A stretch of DNA of 64,000 nucleotides, taken from contig OZ287757.1 in assembly GCA_965649765.1 (NCBI GenBank), forward strand, positions 31,496,001 to 31,560,000, written 5' to 3'. Below, piece by piece: positions 1 through 12,748 of the stretch. The DNA comes from Bispira polyomma. Lineage: Eukaryota. A program made the position numbers and the translations under genes. The number at the start of each line of letters is the position of its first letter. Position 1 is the stretch's first letter. The notes beneath the pieces are model-generated. The model did not search any database. It was not told where the DNA came from and was given only the letters and a program-made list of their open reading frames with translations.

Positions 1-2560
1 GGGGGGCCAAGATTTATGCTGACGTCTCCGCAGAGAGCGGTCAGCAGAGGGATCCAAATACTGTTAACCCTGGGGTTGGGACGGCGGGTAATGTGAATTT
101 GAAAGGCTAAAAAAGAAGTGTTCACCTTTTCCAGGGAGGCTAACAGAGATGGACCAAGTGCAAATTGGTCGAATAAAGGTGTATTTGATGGAGAGCAGGC
201 GCTCCATTTATGTAGTCTGACACCGGCCAGAATAATACACGGGAGAAGTGTTAAACAGAACTTCCACATCTCAGAGGTGAAGGAGCAGTAGAGGAAAAGG
301 AGTAGCAAGAAAAAGAACCAAATCTAAGACACAGATAGACAGTATCAAAATAAAAGATGTAACCTATTGAATGCAAAAACACTTGTAGTATAAAAATAAG
401 TGAGGAAAAGGAAATGCGAAAATCGCAGCAAAAAACGAATGCGTAAAACGGGGAATGCGAGCGATAATAGCAGAAAGTTAAACAGCTAGGTGGTAAATGG
501 CAAAAAAAATTCCTATAAAGGCAGACAAAGTAAATATAATAAAAGGAGCTGTAGTTAATCAAAATATGGTATGTTTTTCGCCATAACTCACAGGTACACA
601 CAACCCAAAGTGAAACTCTCAAGTCTTTTATAATCAAGACAGAGAGTAAGAAAAGTCAACATTGCATTCGCAAGTTTATATACAAGGAAAATGCATTTAA
701 CAAATTGGGAGATCTTAGAGGCGTTAATCGAACTGGAAAGCAATAATGGTTCAACCACATCTATATCGCATCTATATCACACTATTTTTTTTACTCATAC
801 TATGTATGAGACACTCTGCAACTAAACCTCAATAGGGGGTTGGCTACTTTCGCCCTCTCAATGTTTTTTCTTTTGTTGTTTATAATTGTGCAAAAAGGGT
901 AAATAAAATATTATTGAGAGAAAGAAATGTATTAAAGTGTTAAAATATCATGAGTTTGTAAAGGATATACCTAAATTCCATCTGTCAAATTATTTTTCTT
1001 TAAATGTAAAATAGCTTTAATGTACATAGGGGAGAAAGGATGGATTTATGTCCAGTAGGGTATGCATTAGGTAAAGGATTTAATGGAGCATAGTATAATG
1101 TAATAAAATATTTTAAACCTATAACACCTACAGCATAGAATAACGTTAATCATTAAAGCTGTCAAAAGTAAAAACTAAAAAGCAAATAAATGCAACAAAT
1201 AGCTGTTACATTATTGCTAGAGCTTATATTTCCAGCACTGATCTGTCTGGGTATAACTCTTCCCTCAGTAAAAGCAAGTGGGGAATAAAAATGCCATGTA
1301 ACAGTGATATATGAACTAAATAGACCATTGTGTCCTTGTAAAACCTAGCAGAGGATATAATATTACTGTAAGGTTTGGTCTCTGGGAGTCTTGTGATACA
1401 GATAATTGTGACATGGCAATGATTCAGACATAAAAGGAAATGTATCATATTCACCATTGGTTTAAATTGATGGATTTTTATTACGAATTGTGTTACTGTT
1501 GTTAATGTTTAACAATGGGGATTTTTATATTTAATATAAATAGCCACAATTTTGCTCTGCTTTAAATGTAACTGAAATATGTTATTTTATTAAAACGAGA
1601 TTCTGAAAAGATGTAACACTGAGGTTATTTAAGTTGGATGTTTTTTATCAGTTACATCATTTATTGACATTTATTGACAGCTTAACATGCAGTGATTCCT
1701 TGATATGCTATTATTTTATAAAAACTATTTGATGTCATATTATAGCATCTTAAGTAACATTCACAATATGTTTTTACAACAGATCTGAAAGTATTTTTAA
1801 ACAATATTTATTGTATTTTTACTCTTGTATAGTCCAATATATTATATTGATTACCTTCATTTCCTTAGATTTCTGTACAAAAAAGTATGAGAAATGAAAT
1901 ATTATTTTTGTTTTATATATACATATATTGTTATGCTAAATGAATCATTAAATCTGTATATCTCTGTAATTCTGTGTTTTGATTTCTACAAGAAATATCC
2001 AAACATAATTTTATCACTATGAAATCATATCTTGATATTTAAAAATGGTTTATTAAGTTCCTGAACATATTCCATACTTTTTTAACCTCACTACAACAAT
2101 AATAGAAATCTTCAATGGTGTCTAGCATATTGCAATATGAGCACATAATGATGACTGTAATATGTTATTAATATTATACATTGGTGGCGAATTTAGCGAT
2201 CCTATTGGTTAAAATGCGATTATGTGACATAACATGAAACCTGATATGGCACTCTGAAAATTTGATATGGCCCTTGCTTCAGTATAATAAACACACATAA
2301 GCCTGACGACCATCAAGCCATATTGGCCTGACCTCGGGTGCATATATCCCAGTATGGCCCTCACAAACAGCTCTTATTCTAATATTATTCTTTGCTGGCG
2401 ATATGTCTCTCTCCCACACAATGTTGGCACACTAATTTCTATTCGAATCATCCTTGGCTGGACAAGTAACAGTTGTCAGGAAAATATTGTGGTTAGTTTA
2501 AATTCAGTTGGGTTACACCATTAGGCCCTATCAAGGCGGTTACATTCTCATGGTACTACT

Positions 2561-2780
2561 CAAAAGTCAGTTAAACAGTTTGGTTATATCATTGTTTTTG
2601 ATGCTCCCATTGTTTGGAATGCTTTTCCTGATGTGATTCGTGCATCCCCATCTCTAGCCTCTTTTAGAAAGCAGCTTAAAACACACCTGTACACCAAGAC
2701 ATACCCACATTAGTATTAATCATCCCCTGGCGTTCTCTGTGGTGCTTGACTTTGGTTCTGTCTCTGGATATTGAAATTAG
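2561..2780 (+). mobile_element. 3' end remnant of an L2/CR1-group LINE
   Basis: 2561-2713 translates to ...FDAPIVWNAFPDVIRASPSLASFRKQLKTHLYTKTYPH*, the typical C-terminal APxxWNxLP..IR...S...F...LKTHL motif of CR1/L2-group ORF2. The 3' boundary is approximate. Confidence 0.75.
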
Positions 2781-3604
2781 AACACTAGCCCCGGAAATAC
2801 CGTACTACCCTGAGCGGTAAATTTAACTGAAAGCTTCTCTGAATAAGAAGCTGTTGAAAGTGACGTAAAACTAAACTAAATTCAAATTCCTATTTTTGTC
2901 TTCTTAACTCGATCCTATGTCTGTAAAATAAATTCTTGTTGTTGATAATTTCTAACAAAAAAATGTACAGCCCATTGTACAATTGTGGGCCTATTTAAAC
3001 AAGGTAGATATAACAGGTACACAGGAAAAATGTCTCTTATACAGTTTCGGGCGCAGTGTTAAGGCATTGCCCTTGTCAGTCCTACACAACCTTAAATTCT
3101 CTGAGGGTATCAGACTAATACACAGGTAAAATGGTTAAAAGGTAAACATGTAAACATAACCCCCATGTTGCTAAGTAAAATGCTAAACAATGATTCTTTT
3201 GGGCTGTAGCCATAAACAGCAGGGTCTTTAAGTCAATAACAAGTCAGTTTGAATATAGCCACAGACAAGTGTGGCAGGAAATCAGAATTCTTTCTTTTAC
3301 ATTGTTTTTTTTTTTTTACAAACGGTTTTACATTATGCTTATATGTTTTTACAAGTATACGTTTTACAAAGACTTATTTTAGTGTTTGTGTGTGGAATTG
3401 ACAATTTCTCTTCGATAGTGCTACAGATTGCTCCTCCTGACAACCTCATGCTTGGTTTGACCTTTTTAGGTCGGGATTAAGGGATGGTCTAACCTAACTT
3501 ATCATTCTTGCTTTAGTCAAAATTTTGCGGAGTTAAACCAAGCTGTGAGGCTGTGACCAGGAGCGCTGTGGGTCTGTGTACTTTATATTTTCAGAAACTG
3601 ATTT

Positions 3605-4790
3605 ATGAACAAAATATTAAAAGAAAACATGGCTAAACAATCAAAGGCGTTGTGTAAAAAGTGTGATGAGAGACATGTCCCACCTACAGGCAAGAAATGT
3701 AACAGAATAAATGAATTAACTGAGGCTTTCAATAGCAATGATCCGGATGTAGTGGAGGGCCATACAGTGTCGGACACGCAAGTCAGTACTGGGGCTGCAG
3801 TGCGCCGTGCAATGGGAGCCGCGTCGGCAGGCAGTGGAGAGAGGATCAGCAGGACAGTGTCCAGATGCAGATATTGAAGGAATTACAACGGGTGAATTCA
3901 CGACTGGACGTGGTAGAGGATCAGGTAACTGAATCCAGCGTCAGGCGACAGAAGGACTTGCTGAAAAGTGATGGACACAAGTTAAGTAAAAATTCCAAAT
4001 TAAGTAAAACTTTACAAAGTAGTGTTCAGTGTAATAAGCAGAATGTGAGTGATAGTACATCTGACAGTGAATCCTCAGATGAGGAGCAAGTCCTGCTCAG
4101 TTTGTCTGCCCTAAGAAGCTCTGCTTCTTTCCAATGCTGAGTTGACTCTAGGTTAAGGGAACTGGAAAGAGACAGCAGAAATACAGGTAGTGAAAGCTCA
4201 AATAAAATTAAGTCAAAAAGGGGAGGTGCAGTAGAAGTTAAAGTAAAGCAAAAAATAGCTTGGCCTCAAGAATCCATATTAGGAGGGGTTACTAGAAACA
4301 GGTTATCTTACGATCAGTTGTCCATGTCACAATGGGTGCAAGGGTTTTGTAAAAACATAAGTGAGGAACCGGACAGAAATAAAAAAGATAAAATGGTTTC
4401 ATACATGTCTGATCTGATGGAGGATGCTACTGATTTTATGTGGCAGGGGGCTAAGGCGGCACACGCAGTGCTCTTGTGCGAGATGGAGCGAGGCTCGCTC
4501 ACTTGGGACGATACAAATAGGATAGATCGGATCTGTAGGGCACATGCACAAAAGCACACAAATAATAGCAACTTTACTGGGAAAAATTGGGGTGGAAAAT
4601 CAGAGAGCAATAAGAAACCGTGGTTTTGTAAATTTTATCAAACAGGTACCTGCCAACAAAGAAAAGACCACGAAATCGGTGGCAAACTCCACAGATATAT
4701 TTGCTCACATTGTATAGCTACTGGTCGTGTCTTGGCTCATCCTGAAAAGGACTGCCTCCTTGCCAAGAAAAACCTAGGGCAAGCAAAACG
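3605..4790 (+). pseudogene. E1 gag-like ORF (frameshift near 3865, stop at 4138-4140)
   Basis: N-terminal CKKCDERHVPPTGKKC knuckle, coiled coil MQILKELQRVNSRLD, WQGAKAAHAVLL block and C-terminal Cys/His fingers; collinear with E4 gag. Confidence 0.88.
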
Positions 4791-7232
4791 AGTAAGTAGC
4801 TGTCCTCTAAGTCCTAAACTGGAGGGCAGCTGGGTTAGTACCAAAGCCAGTCAGTTACAGACGGTAGAAAGTAGAGAAGTTGTCAATGGTTTTAGTGTTA
4901 AAGAAAAAACAGATGGTGTTAGTGTTGATAATACCGAATGTGTAAATGTAATTGATAGAAATGTCAATCAAAAGCAGGCAGAGGACTCTGCCTATTTTAA
5001 ACGTATACAGCATGTGACAAAACATGCTGAGAGATGTTTTTATAACAAAAAAGTTAGAAAAAGTGATGTTGAGAGTTTGTTAGTTCGCCCATTACAAAGT
5101 ATTATGTGCACATTTAGGGCGGTGAATTGTAATGTCAAAAATAGGTCTTATGCTAGCGTAGTTAAGGCTAGGCAGATACAGATGGACACACAATGTCGAA
5201 CTAAAAAACACGAAATCCAGTCGCAGCGTGTCAAAGAACTCAACGCGAAGTGTGCCAAAGTGGGTAGTGGCGTTAAAACAAAAAATTTACAGGAGAGAAT
5301 CGATAATGTAAATCAAAAGGATGAAGTTTCCCCCCAAAAAAGTGAACAAAGTGACGCATGAGAATAATAACTCGGCGGAAACAATGAAACTATTGTTTGA
5401 TGTAAACGGCATGCAGGACGACATATTCATTAACTCCATATTGTTTCCTGACAATGGGCGTAAGTCAAAGCAAGTGGTGGGGGATTGTGACAACTTCACA
5501 AAGCAAAGCTTACAAAGCAATCAGAGTTTCAATTTGGATTTATTCCAATTACTGAACAAACACTACCAAGTAACATTGGCATTACAAAAACAAACATTCA
5601 ATGTCCAATTCAGTTACACAATGAAGTCAAAAAAGGGGGTCAGCCAAATTTCTTGGGGGCTTGAATACCAGTGGCATCTCAATTACACACACAACAATGG
5701 AAGGCCATGTTAAGTGATTATTGGGATCAGCAATTGCCTCAACTTATTGAGTTTGGGTTCCCTTTGGGTTTCAATCGCAAATGTGAACTCAGGTGTGATG
5801 TGGACAATCACAAGTCTGCAGTGGAATATCCAAATTATGTTGAAGTTTACTTAAGTGAGGAAAAAAGCCACGGGGCGATAATAGGGCCGTTTAAGCAAAA
5901 CCCAATTAAAAAAGGTCATCATTCCCCGTTCATGACTAGACATAAACCCAATTCAGACAACAGTGTTATAATACACTTGAGTTGGCCCAAAGGTTATTCA
6001 GTTAATGCAGGGGTAGAAAAAGACAGCTATTTAGGAGCAGATTTTAAGCTCAGCTTCCCCACGATTGATGATCTGACTAGGGAATTAACCAAGCTAGGAA
6101 AAGGCGCTCATATCTATAAGTTGGACGTGAGTCAGGCTTTCCGTCATATGAAAATTGATCCAATAGATTATGACCTGTTAGGACTCAATTGGAAAGGTAC
6201 TTCTATAGATACGTGCCTCCCCTTTGGGAGTTGGCACGGAAGCCTATTTTTCCAACGCGTTAGTGACGCTGTACGTTACGTCATGCGTCAGTGTGGCTAC
6301 AGCATTATTAACTATATCAATGATTTTTTAGGGTACGGCACACCCACGGTAGCAAAACGTTCATTTCAGTGTTTGTACAAAACTATGAAAATATTAGGTC
6401 TCACTATTAGTCAGAAAAAATTGGTGGCTCCTAGCACACAAGCAGTGTGTCTAGGAGTCCTTATTGACACAGTGCAAGGCACAGTTGCCATACCAGAAGA
6501 AAAGCTACCACAAATTCGTGTGACGGTTAGCCAATGGCAAATAAAACTCAATGTACCAAAAAACAATTGCAATCATTGTTAGGCCATTTGCTATACATTC
6601 ACAAGTGCGTTAAGTCTGCAAGATGTTTTCTAAATAGAATGTTGGAACTACTAAGAGGCATCTCAAATCCAAACAGAGTAGTCATAACAGAAGATTTCAG
6701 ACGTGACCTCAGGTGGTTTGACAGATTTTTACCTCTGTATAATGGTGTGTCCATGTATGGGCATAAGATTATTGACCAAACCCTAGAATTAGACGCTTGC
6801 TTGTATGGCTTAGGTGGTAGATGGAGAAATCTAGTTTACCATCTTCCAATTCCACTCAATTTTCAAAGTCTTGGCATAGTCCACTTGGAGATGATTAATA
6901 TTGTAGTAGCCTTAAAGCTATACCAAAGTTATTGGACAGGTAACAAGGTACTCATTAAATGTGACAACAAAGCAGTTGTGAATGTGTTGCAATCTGGTAG
7001 GGCTAGAGACCCTTATTTATCAGCATGCGCCAGAAATATATGGTATATGGCTGCAGTTGCAGACATTGAAATTCAGTATAGACATGTTATGGGTAAAGAT
7101 AACAGAATAGCTGATCTATTGTCCAGATGGAAAAATTCAAGTAATAATGTCCAAGAATTGAACACATTAGTGGAAAATCCAGTATGGTTGAAAACGTCCT
7201 TAGAATTGACTTATATTGATGATACATTGTAA
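4790..7232 (+). pseudogene. E1 pol (linker + RT + RNase H), frameshifted
   Basis: ORF pieces 4318-5361, 5321-5713, 5671-6582 and 6534-7232. RT motifs KLDVSQAF and LPFG; catalytic YIDD mutated to YIND. RNase H motifs DAC / LEM / CDN / NRIADLLSR. Confidence 0.92.
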
Positions 7233-7244
7233 ATAACAGATACT

Positions 7245-8237
7245 ATGCTTTGTGTTGTAGAGCCTGGAGCAGTGCAGGTGTTACAGAGAAAAGCTCACAT
7301 GAGGCTACATACTGCATTCAGACCAAAGACCAGGCGTTGCTACCAAAGCTTATTCAGAACTTTTGTGGCTTTTTGCCTTTGTGTAAATATAGCACTTGAA
7401 TCTATTAATGTAAATGGCATCATGTCTTTTCTGGAATATTTGGTAGTAAATAAAGTATCAGTGCATATGGTAGCAAATTATGTGGCAGCTATAAAGCTAT
7501 GTGTATTGTGCATGACCTCAGGTTCCAATTATTTGACCACCCGAAAATGAAATACTTTATTAAGTCGTTAAAAATTAATAGAGGTCACACCATAGTCAAG
7601 AGGAATATAATGGATGTGGATACTTTGAAGAGATTAGTAGTGCAGTGTGCACATATCAGTAATGCGCATGTATACAAAGCCATCTTTTTGACAGGATTCT
7701 TTGGGTTCTTGAGATTGTCAAATATTGCACCTCATGCTGTAAGAGAATTTGATTTAACAAGACACTTAACTGGGGCAGATGTGTTCTTCGAAAAGCACAC
7801 AGTAAAGATGCTTTTAAAGTGGACGAAAACTATGCAAAATAGGAATAAAGTACAAATTTTAACATTACCTAGGCTAGGCTCTGGTTCCATATGTCCATAT
7901 GCAGCCTTAAAACGATTGTTTCAACTTTATAATCCTGGCGAGAAAGACCCTTTGTTTCAGTGCAAAACGACAAAGGGCTGGCAGGTGGTTACAGATTCAA
8001 GAGTAAGAAAAACTTTGGCATTACTTAATACAAAATTGGGGTATCCAGCAAATTACTGCACATTCCATGCATTCCGACGCTCAGGTGCCAACGTTAGCTT
8101 ATAAAGCTCATGTTCCTATACAGCAAATTAAAGAGCATGGCACCTGGACGTTGGACTGCGTATGGACTTATATTCAGTCCAATACTGGTTCCACAGAGGT
8201 GGCTTCCACTTTCCAGCGCCTGCTAAATGTCGTATAA
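7245..8237 (+). pseudogene. E1 tyrosine recombinase (frameshifts near 7500 and 8090)
   Basis: FLRLSN (catalytic R) and HAFRRSG; in the shifted frame HGTW...VWTYI, stop at 8235-8237. Confidence 0.92.
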
Positions 8238-8306
8238 ATGTACATACCCCTAAGGTTGGGTTTGAGGCTTTTATTTTATGTACTTCAAAATAAACTCATG
8301 TGCAAG

Positions 8307-8542
8307 TTTAGGTCAACTTGAATATTTGCTTCAGAATTACCAAGGCCCCTAAGATTAGGGTCACCTAAAACTCTTAAGTTAAGTTCACCTTAGTGGCCCT
8401 CAGGTTAGGGCAACCTTAAATTACCAGTTAGGTGAAATCTTAAACTCAGTTTAAGATCACCAGGAAACACAAACTTAAAATAATTCCCATACTGAACTTA
8501 AGTTAAAACTTAAACTCAAATGTTTGTTCAAGATGACCTTTA
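8307..8542. repeat. Array of degenerate TTAAGGTNACCTTAA palindromes in the E1 3' region
   Basis: Copies at about 8307, 8355, 8379, 8405, 8428, 8451, 8498 and 8528, separated by non-identical spacers. Confidence 0.75.
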
Positions 8543-9942
8543 CTTTAATTTTATACATTGTAATCAGTTAAGTAATATTGTGTAACATGTTAAAGAAATG
8601 TAAATAAAACGTAGTCTAGAAATTTATTTTATACAATTTTATATAATAAAATTATATACCCTCATTGAATTTATTATTGACTTGGGAGTGATGGGGACTG
8701 TTCCCCAATAATTGCAGTAGGTCTAAATGAGGGTTTGTTTTGCCCACAAAACAAGATCGAGCTTAGCTTCCATATAAAAGTCATTAAAATTAGATGAAAC
8801 ATGCATTTATTGCTTAATAACACGTCATTAAATGCCTATGACATATGACCATAATCACCATTATTAGTATCCTAGAGGCTACAAAAGTGACATGATTAAT
8901 AGACTTTTGTGTTTACACTTCTATGCCTGTTTTAGGTGTTTTTTTTAAAGTAGTATCATATGTAAAGAGTTACAAAATTTAAATTACATAAAATTATCAT
9001 AAGATGTTGTGGAATATTGTTGGAAGGACAAATAAATAGATGCTGTTCTTAGTATTCTTCATAGACAACTGCAATTTTGGCTTGCAATTTTTTTTTGCTT
9101 GCATCTGGAGATAGGATTTGAATTTACTTGGGTTTTACATCGCTCTTAACAGCTCAGATCATATTGCAACGGCCAAATGTAAGGGTGGAAGAAACTGGTG
9201 CTGAAGCACTGTAAACCTATGTTCTATGGCAAGTACCTGACAAACCCTTTATATTTCAAGTAGTTATTCGAGCTACCATGTTTTAGCCCTTACCTGAGCT
9301 TTTTGAAGACAAAATGTATAAACATGAAAAACCTTGGGTTACACAGTACTGTGGTAAGACTTTGGAGTGTAACACATTTAATATAACGGTTTAATATTAA
9401 TTAAGCTTTTATGTAATCAAAGCTGAATTTGGTGTGTCAATTTTGGTCCAAAAGATGCTGGAAGTAACTCTATTTACAACACAGACATATCTGAATCTTT
9501 CATCTACTCTGCATTAGATCAAGGAAATTGTTACACTCTCCAGTAATAAATAAGGAAATAAATAAACTAAAAAACTGCAGTTCATTGACTCATTTGACTT
9601 AACTTGCCTATATCTTGCCCATATTTAGATATATTTGGAACTTTAACTTCACCTTTAACCACTGTTTTCTATCAGGCATTGTCTTGGTTAAAGGAAGCAG
9701 AACACGGTAGTTAGCCCAGCTTTCTCCAACTCACCGGTCTCCAGCAATTCTAATAGTAACTTTTTCACACATACATGCCATGACTGAGATTTGAACCTGT
9801 GACTGCAGAGGTTGGAGGTGAATGTGTTACCTCTACACCTTAGAGACTCCCTATATCTATTGATTCAGGCATATGCAAAACAATAATATTTAGAATGTCC
9901 TCTCTTAAAAGTACTTATGAACTAAGTGAATTGATTTGGAGC

Positions 9943-9961
9943 GTTTTTTTTTTTTTTTTTT

Positions 9962-9992
<31 letters not shown>

Positions 9993-9997
9993 GGGGA
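9943..9997. repeat. Poly-T run directly followed by a poly-G run
   Basis: Seen directly; lengths may be affected by sequencing error. Confidence 0.9.
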
Positions 9998-11550
9998 GGA
10001 GTTCACTTGTCAATGTAAAATAATTTTGGTCTCTCATTCCTGGTGTTATAGATTGAATATAGTAAGTCAACATGTATCATTATTTAAGTCAATGTTGCTT
10101 GCTAATATTTGTTTGAATATTTATACCAGTAAATATCATCGTGCATGTGAAATATATTCATAAAAGCTTTGCAAAAAAAATTTCATAGTATTTCTATGTC
10201 TTTCATTTGTCCAAAATATGACATGTTAGTTGAGAACTGCTTTGATTCGTTTATACTAAAACCTGAAATTCAAAGAAATTATCACCCTCTTATGGTGTTC
10301 CGATAATACAGTTTCCACTGTAATGCAATTTGCATTTGTTCCAAGGCCTGAACGGAAACATCTTACTTATTTAGAGGATGCTTAGAGCAGGTGTTTCAGC
10401 TAAACCTTCATAAATAACTAAGTTGTACACAAATAGCATCTTCGCTCAATTGAAATCTAGTAGTGAGTTTGAAACTGTGGTTTGAAAGCAATGCAAATTT
10501 TCTTTAGGGTTTATTGGCCTCTTACTACGGAACCGCTGAAGTGTCATACAGATTTGATCAATTTGTTTCTCAAGAAACAGCTTATGTGGCCTTAGTTTTA
10601 GATTTCTGTGAAATTAGACATTTCAGCCAAAAATATCCTTTTGCAATAGGAATATTTTTAAAACTTGTGATGATCTAATTTTTGCTTTACAATAAATAGA
10701 CTAAATAACTTGTCACAATTCTTCTTTGTTATTGCCTTCCAGTAACCAAGGATTGAATTTCAGCCTCTCAATGGAAATATGATCTGTGAAAACAAAACTA
10801 TATATTTTAAAATGTGTCCTCTTTATTTATTATAGGACAAAGTTCATATCACGTTCCGCAATATTGACAAGGAAAACTACTATGTTTTTTGTGCATACAT
10901 GCATACTCAATTGACATAAAGATAATATCAAATCTAATGTTTGTTTTCCGGATTTCACCTACTGTTTATTGTCACAACTTTGGTACTCAAATAAAGCGAA
11001 GAGCATTTTTCATGTATGTGGTTTGTGGCCCACAATGTGTGTTAATAAATTAACACAAGTTAATACTGGATCAAATTTTTCTGCATCATGTCAGACGGAG
11101 AAAAAAATGGACACATTTCTTTGAGCTATAGAAGGTTAATAAATTGTTCATCTTATTCTACTATTAAGTAAAATGGTTAGAAGATGTTAAAAATAATCAG
11201 AAAGTTATGGTCTGCCTAATAAAATGCCAAAGTTAGTATATCTTATTTTGCATTGAAATAGAGCAACATTAATCCATGCATATAAAACTGTATTCAGAAC
11301 TGTAGTCCACGTGCAATATCTTCCTCGAAAGAGGAACTCATCATTAAGTAAAACTAGAAACTTACGGGACATGAAATGGTCAGTGAAACAAACATACCAC
11401 ATATATTTGTTTTGCTATAGTCATATAGATGTAATATTACTGGGTAAAATATCCAAAATATTTGTCTACTACTTAGTACTGGTTGTGTCCTACATTTGCA
11501 GGGACACATATGCATAACAGCAACGACAACGAGGCATTGATCATGTACTG

Positions 11551-12080
11551 GTAATAGCCCAGTCACACCCACACGTGATGACGTCTCCCAACGTAGCAAA
11601 GCAATAGCAAAGTGACGCCATTTTCACAAAGGGGGAGTTGATTGTGATGTTTTGTGATGTTTCGTAATGATGTTGGTACTCATACGCATGGAGCTGGAGA
11701 AAAAAACGAAGACTTTACTAAAAGGGATCATTACTTTCTACTACAGAGAGCTACTGCTATTTACGGCTGCGTTTTTGTGCGTTATGATGCTTAGTGAAAC
11801 GTTCCACAATGAATACAGACGAGTGGAGACGAATCACTACTTATTGCTACTTACACAGACGAGTGGAAACATCCTTAAGATTATTTCACGATTATCGTGG
11901 TAGCAGACTAAACTGAGACATTTCTGGAATGATATCATCTGTTAAGCAATGTCCGGAATGAACGCACCAGGGATACTCACTTTTGCATTACCTTCTACTA
12001 TGTCTGTACTAGGTTTCTAAACAATTGAAAATGTTACACACACGTAGATCCAGCATGTGTAGGTGTGACTGGGCTATTAC
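11551..12080 (+). mobile_element. Non-autonomous TIR DNA transposon, probably PIF/Harbinger-derived
   Basis: Perfect 19-bp TIR GTAATAGCCCAGTCACACC / GGTGTGACTGGGCTATTAC that extends imperfectly. The GCCCAGTCACA core resembles Harbinger TIRs. The interior (11690-11930) looks like a decayed transposase N-terminus (weak). No clean TSD. Confidence 0.65.
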
Positions 12081-12491
12081 ACACCTGCCTCCCACCTTTG
12101 CTTTCATCATGGATTCAAGCCCTGACATGTATTTTGGAAGGTTGGTAGTGGACTCTTGGTAGTGGAGACTGTTTGCAGTCACATTGCTGCTTAAGTACTG
12201 CTAAGTATACACATTTTAGTTAATTTAGACCAAAAATTGGGATTTCTACGACTGTTTTAGACAGTTCACCTGTGGCTAAGGCGCCTGCAGTGGCATATGT
12301 CCTCAAGTTTTTTTACTAGTGATTCAGAGAGTTTTTAGGATAATCTCGGGTTATCTTTGATTTAATAACCTGGCTGTTATGTGGGCTGAATCTTGTATGT
12401 GTGACCTAGCTTTTAGCAGTGTACTATCAAGACCCCTTCATCATTATATGAGGCCAACTCAATTTTAGGCATGCTTACTTAATGCTCTACT

Positions 12492-12748
12492 GGGGCCGCG
12501 GTGGCCTAGTGGTTAGCAAGCATTGCGCTTCACAATCACTGGTCTCTCACCTCTGGGTGGCATAAGTTCGAATCCCGTCGATGCCTATGTGGGAAAGGTG
12601 GTAGTTCCTTACTGTGGGCCGCTGTTTTCTCTGCAGAACCTTGACCGACTGTATGCAGTGTTTCCTCCAGCGTTTCCAACTGCCCGTCCCAATAGAACCT
12701 ACTAAAAGGTACTAGAGTGGACGTTAAATATCCAAATTCAAATTCAAC
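12492..12748 (+). mobile_element. tRNA-derived SINE, family 1 copy a
   Basis: A box TGGCCTAGTGG, B box GTTCGAATCC, (CAAATT)n tail; TSD CTTAATGCTCTACT at 12478 and 12749. Confidence 0.93.

Larger units (their letters stand above)
3044..8700 (+). mobile_element. YR retrotransposon E1 (Ngaro-like, degraded; related to E4)
   Basis: Frameshifted gag, RT/RNaseH and YR ORFs. Ends assigned by homology to E4: 5' GTTTC...GTCAGTCCT, 3' ...CTTGGGAGTGATGGGGACTG. Confidence 0.92.

Noticed and set aside
1-760. ORF 251-637 and a possible LINE remnant at the window start
   Set aside because: The hydrophobic ORF reflects the A-rich opposite strand; no diagnostic motif was found.
8307-8542. CRISPR array interpretation of the palindrome arrays (also 51406-51618)
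   Set aside because: Repeats are only ~15 bp and degenerate, spacers are short and irregular, there are no cas genes, and the context is a eukaryotic transposon.
9117-9850. Additional SINE fragments (tail-like at ~9117-9175, tRNA-head-like at ~9775-9840, minus strand)
   Set aside because: Too decayed to delimit or assign with confidence.
9936-10163. Poly-Phe/poly-Gly ORF and other G-run ORFs (15707-15970)
   Set aside because: Translation of homopolymer runs.
12492-12580. Functional tRNA genes
   Set aside because: The A and B boxes continue into a SINE body with tail and TSD; no proper cloverleaf or acceptor stem.
12523-12705. Recurrent 60-aa ORF MRFTITGLSPLGG (also 26705, 43938, 52283)
   Set aside because: It is a chance TTG-start frame within the SINE.
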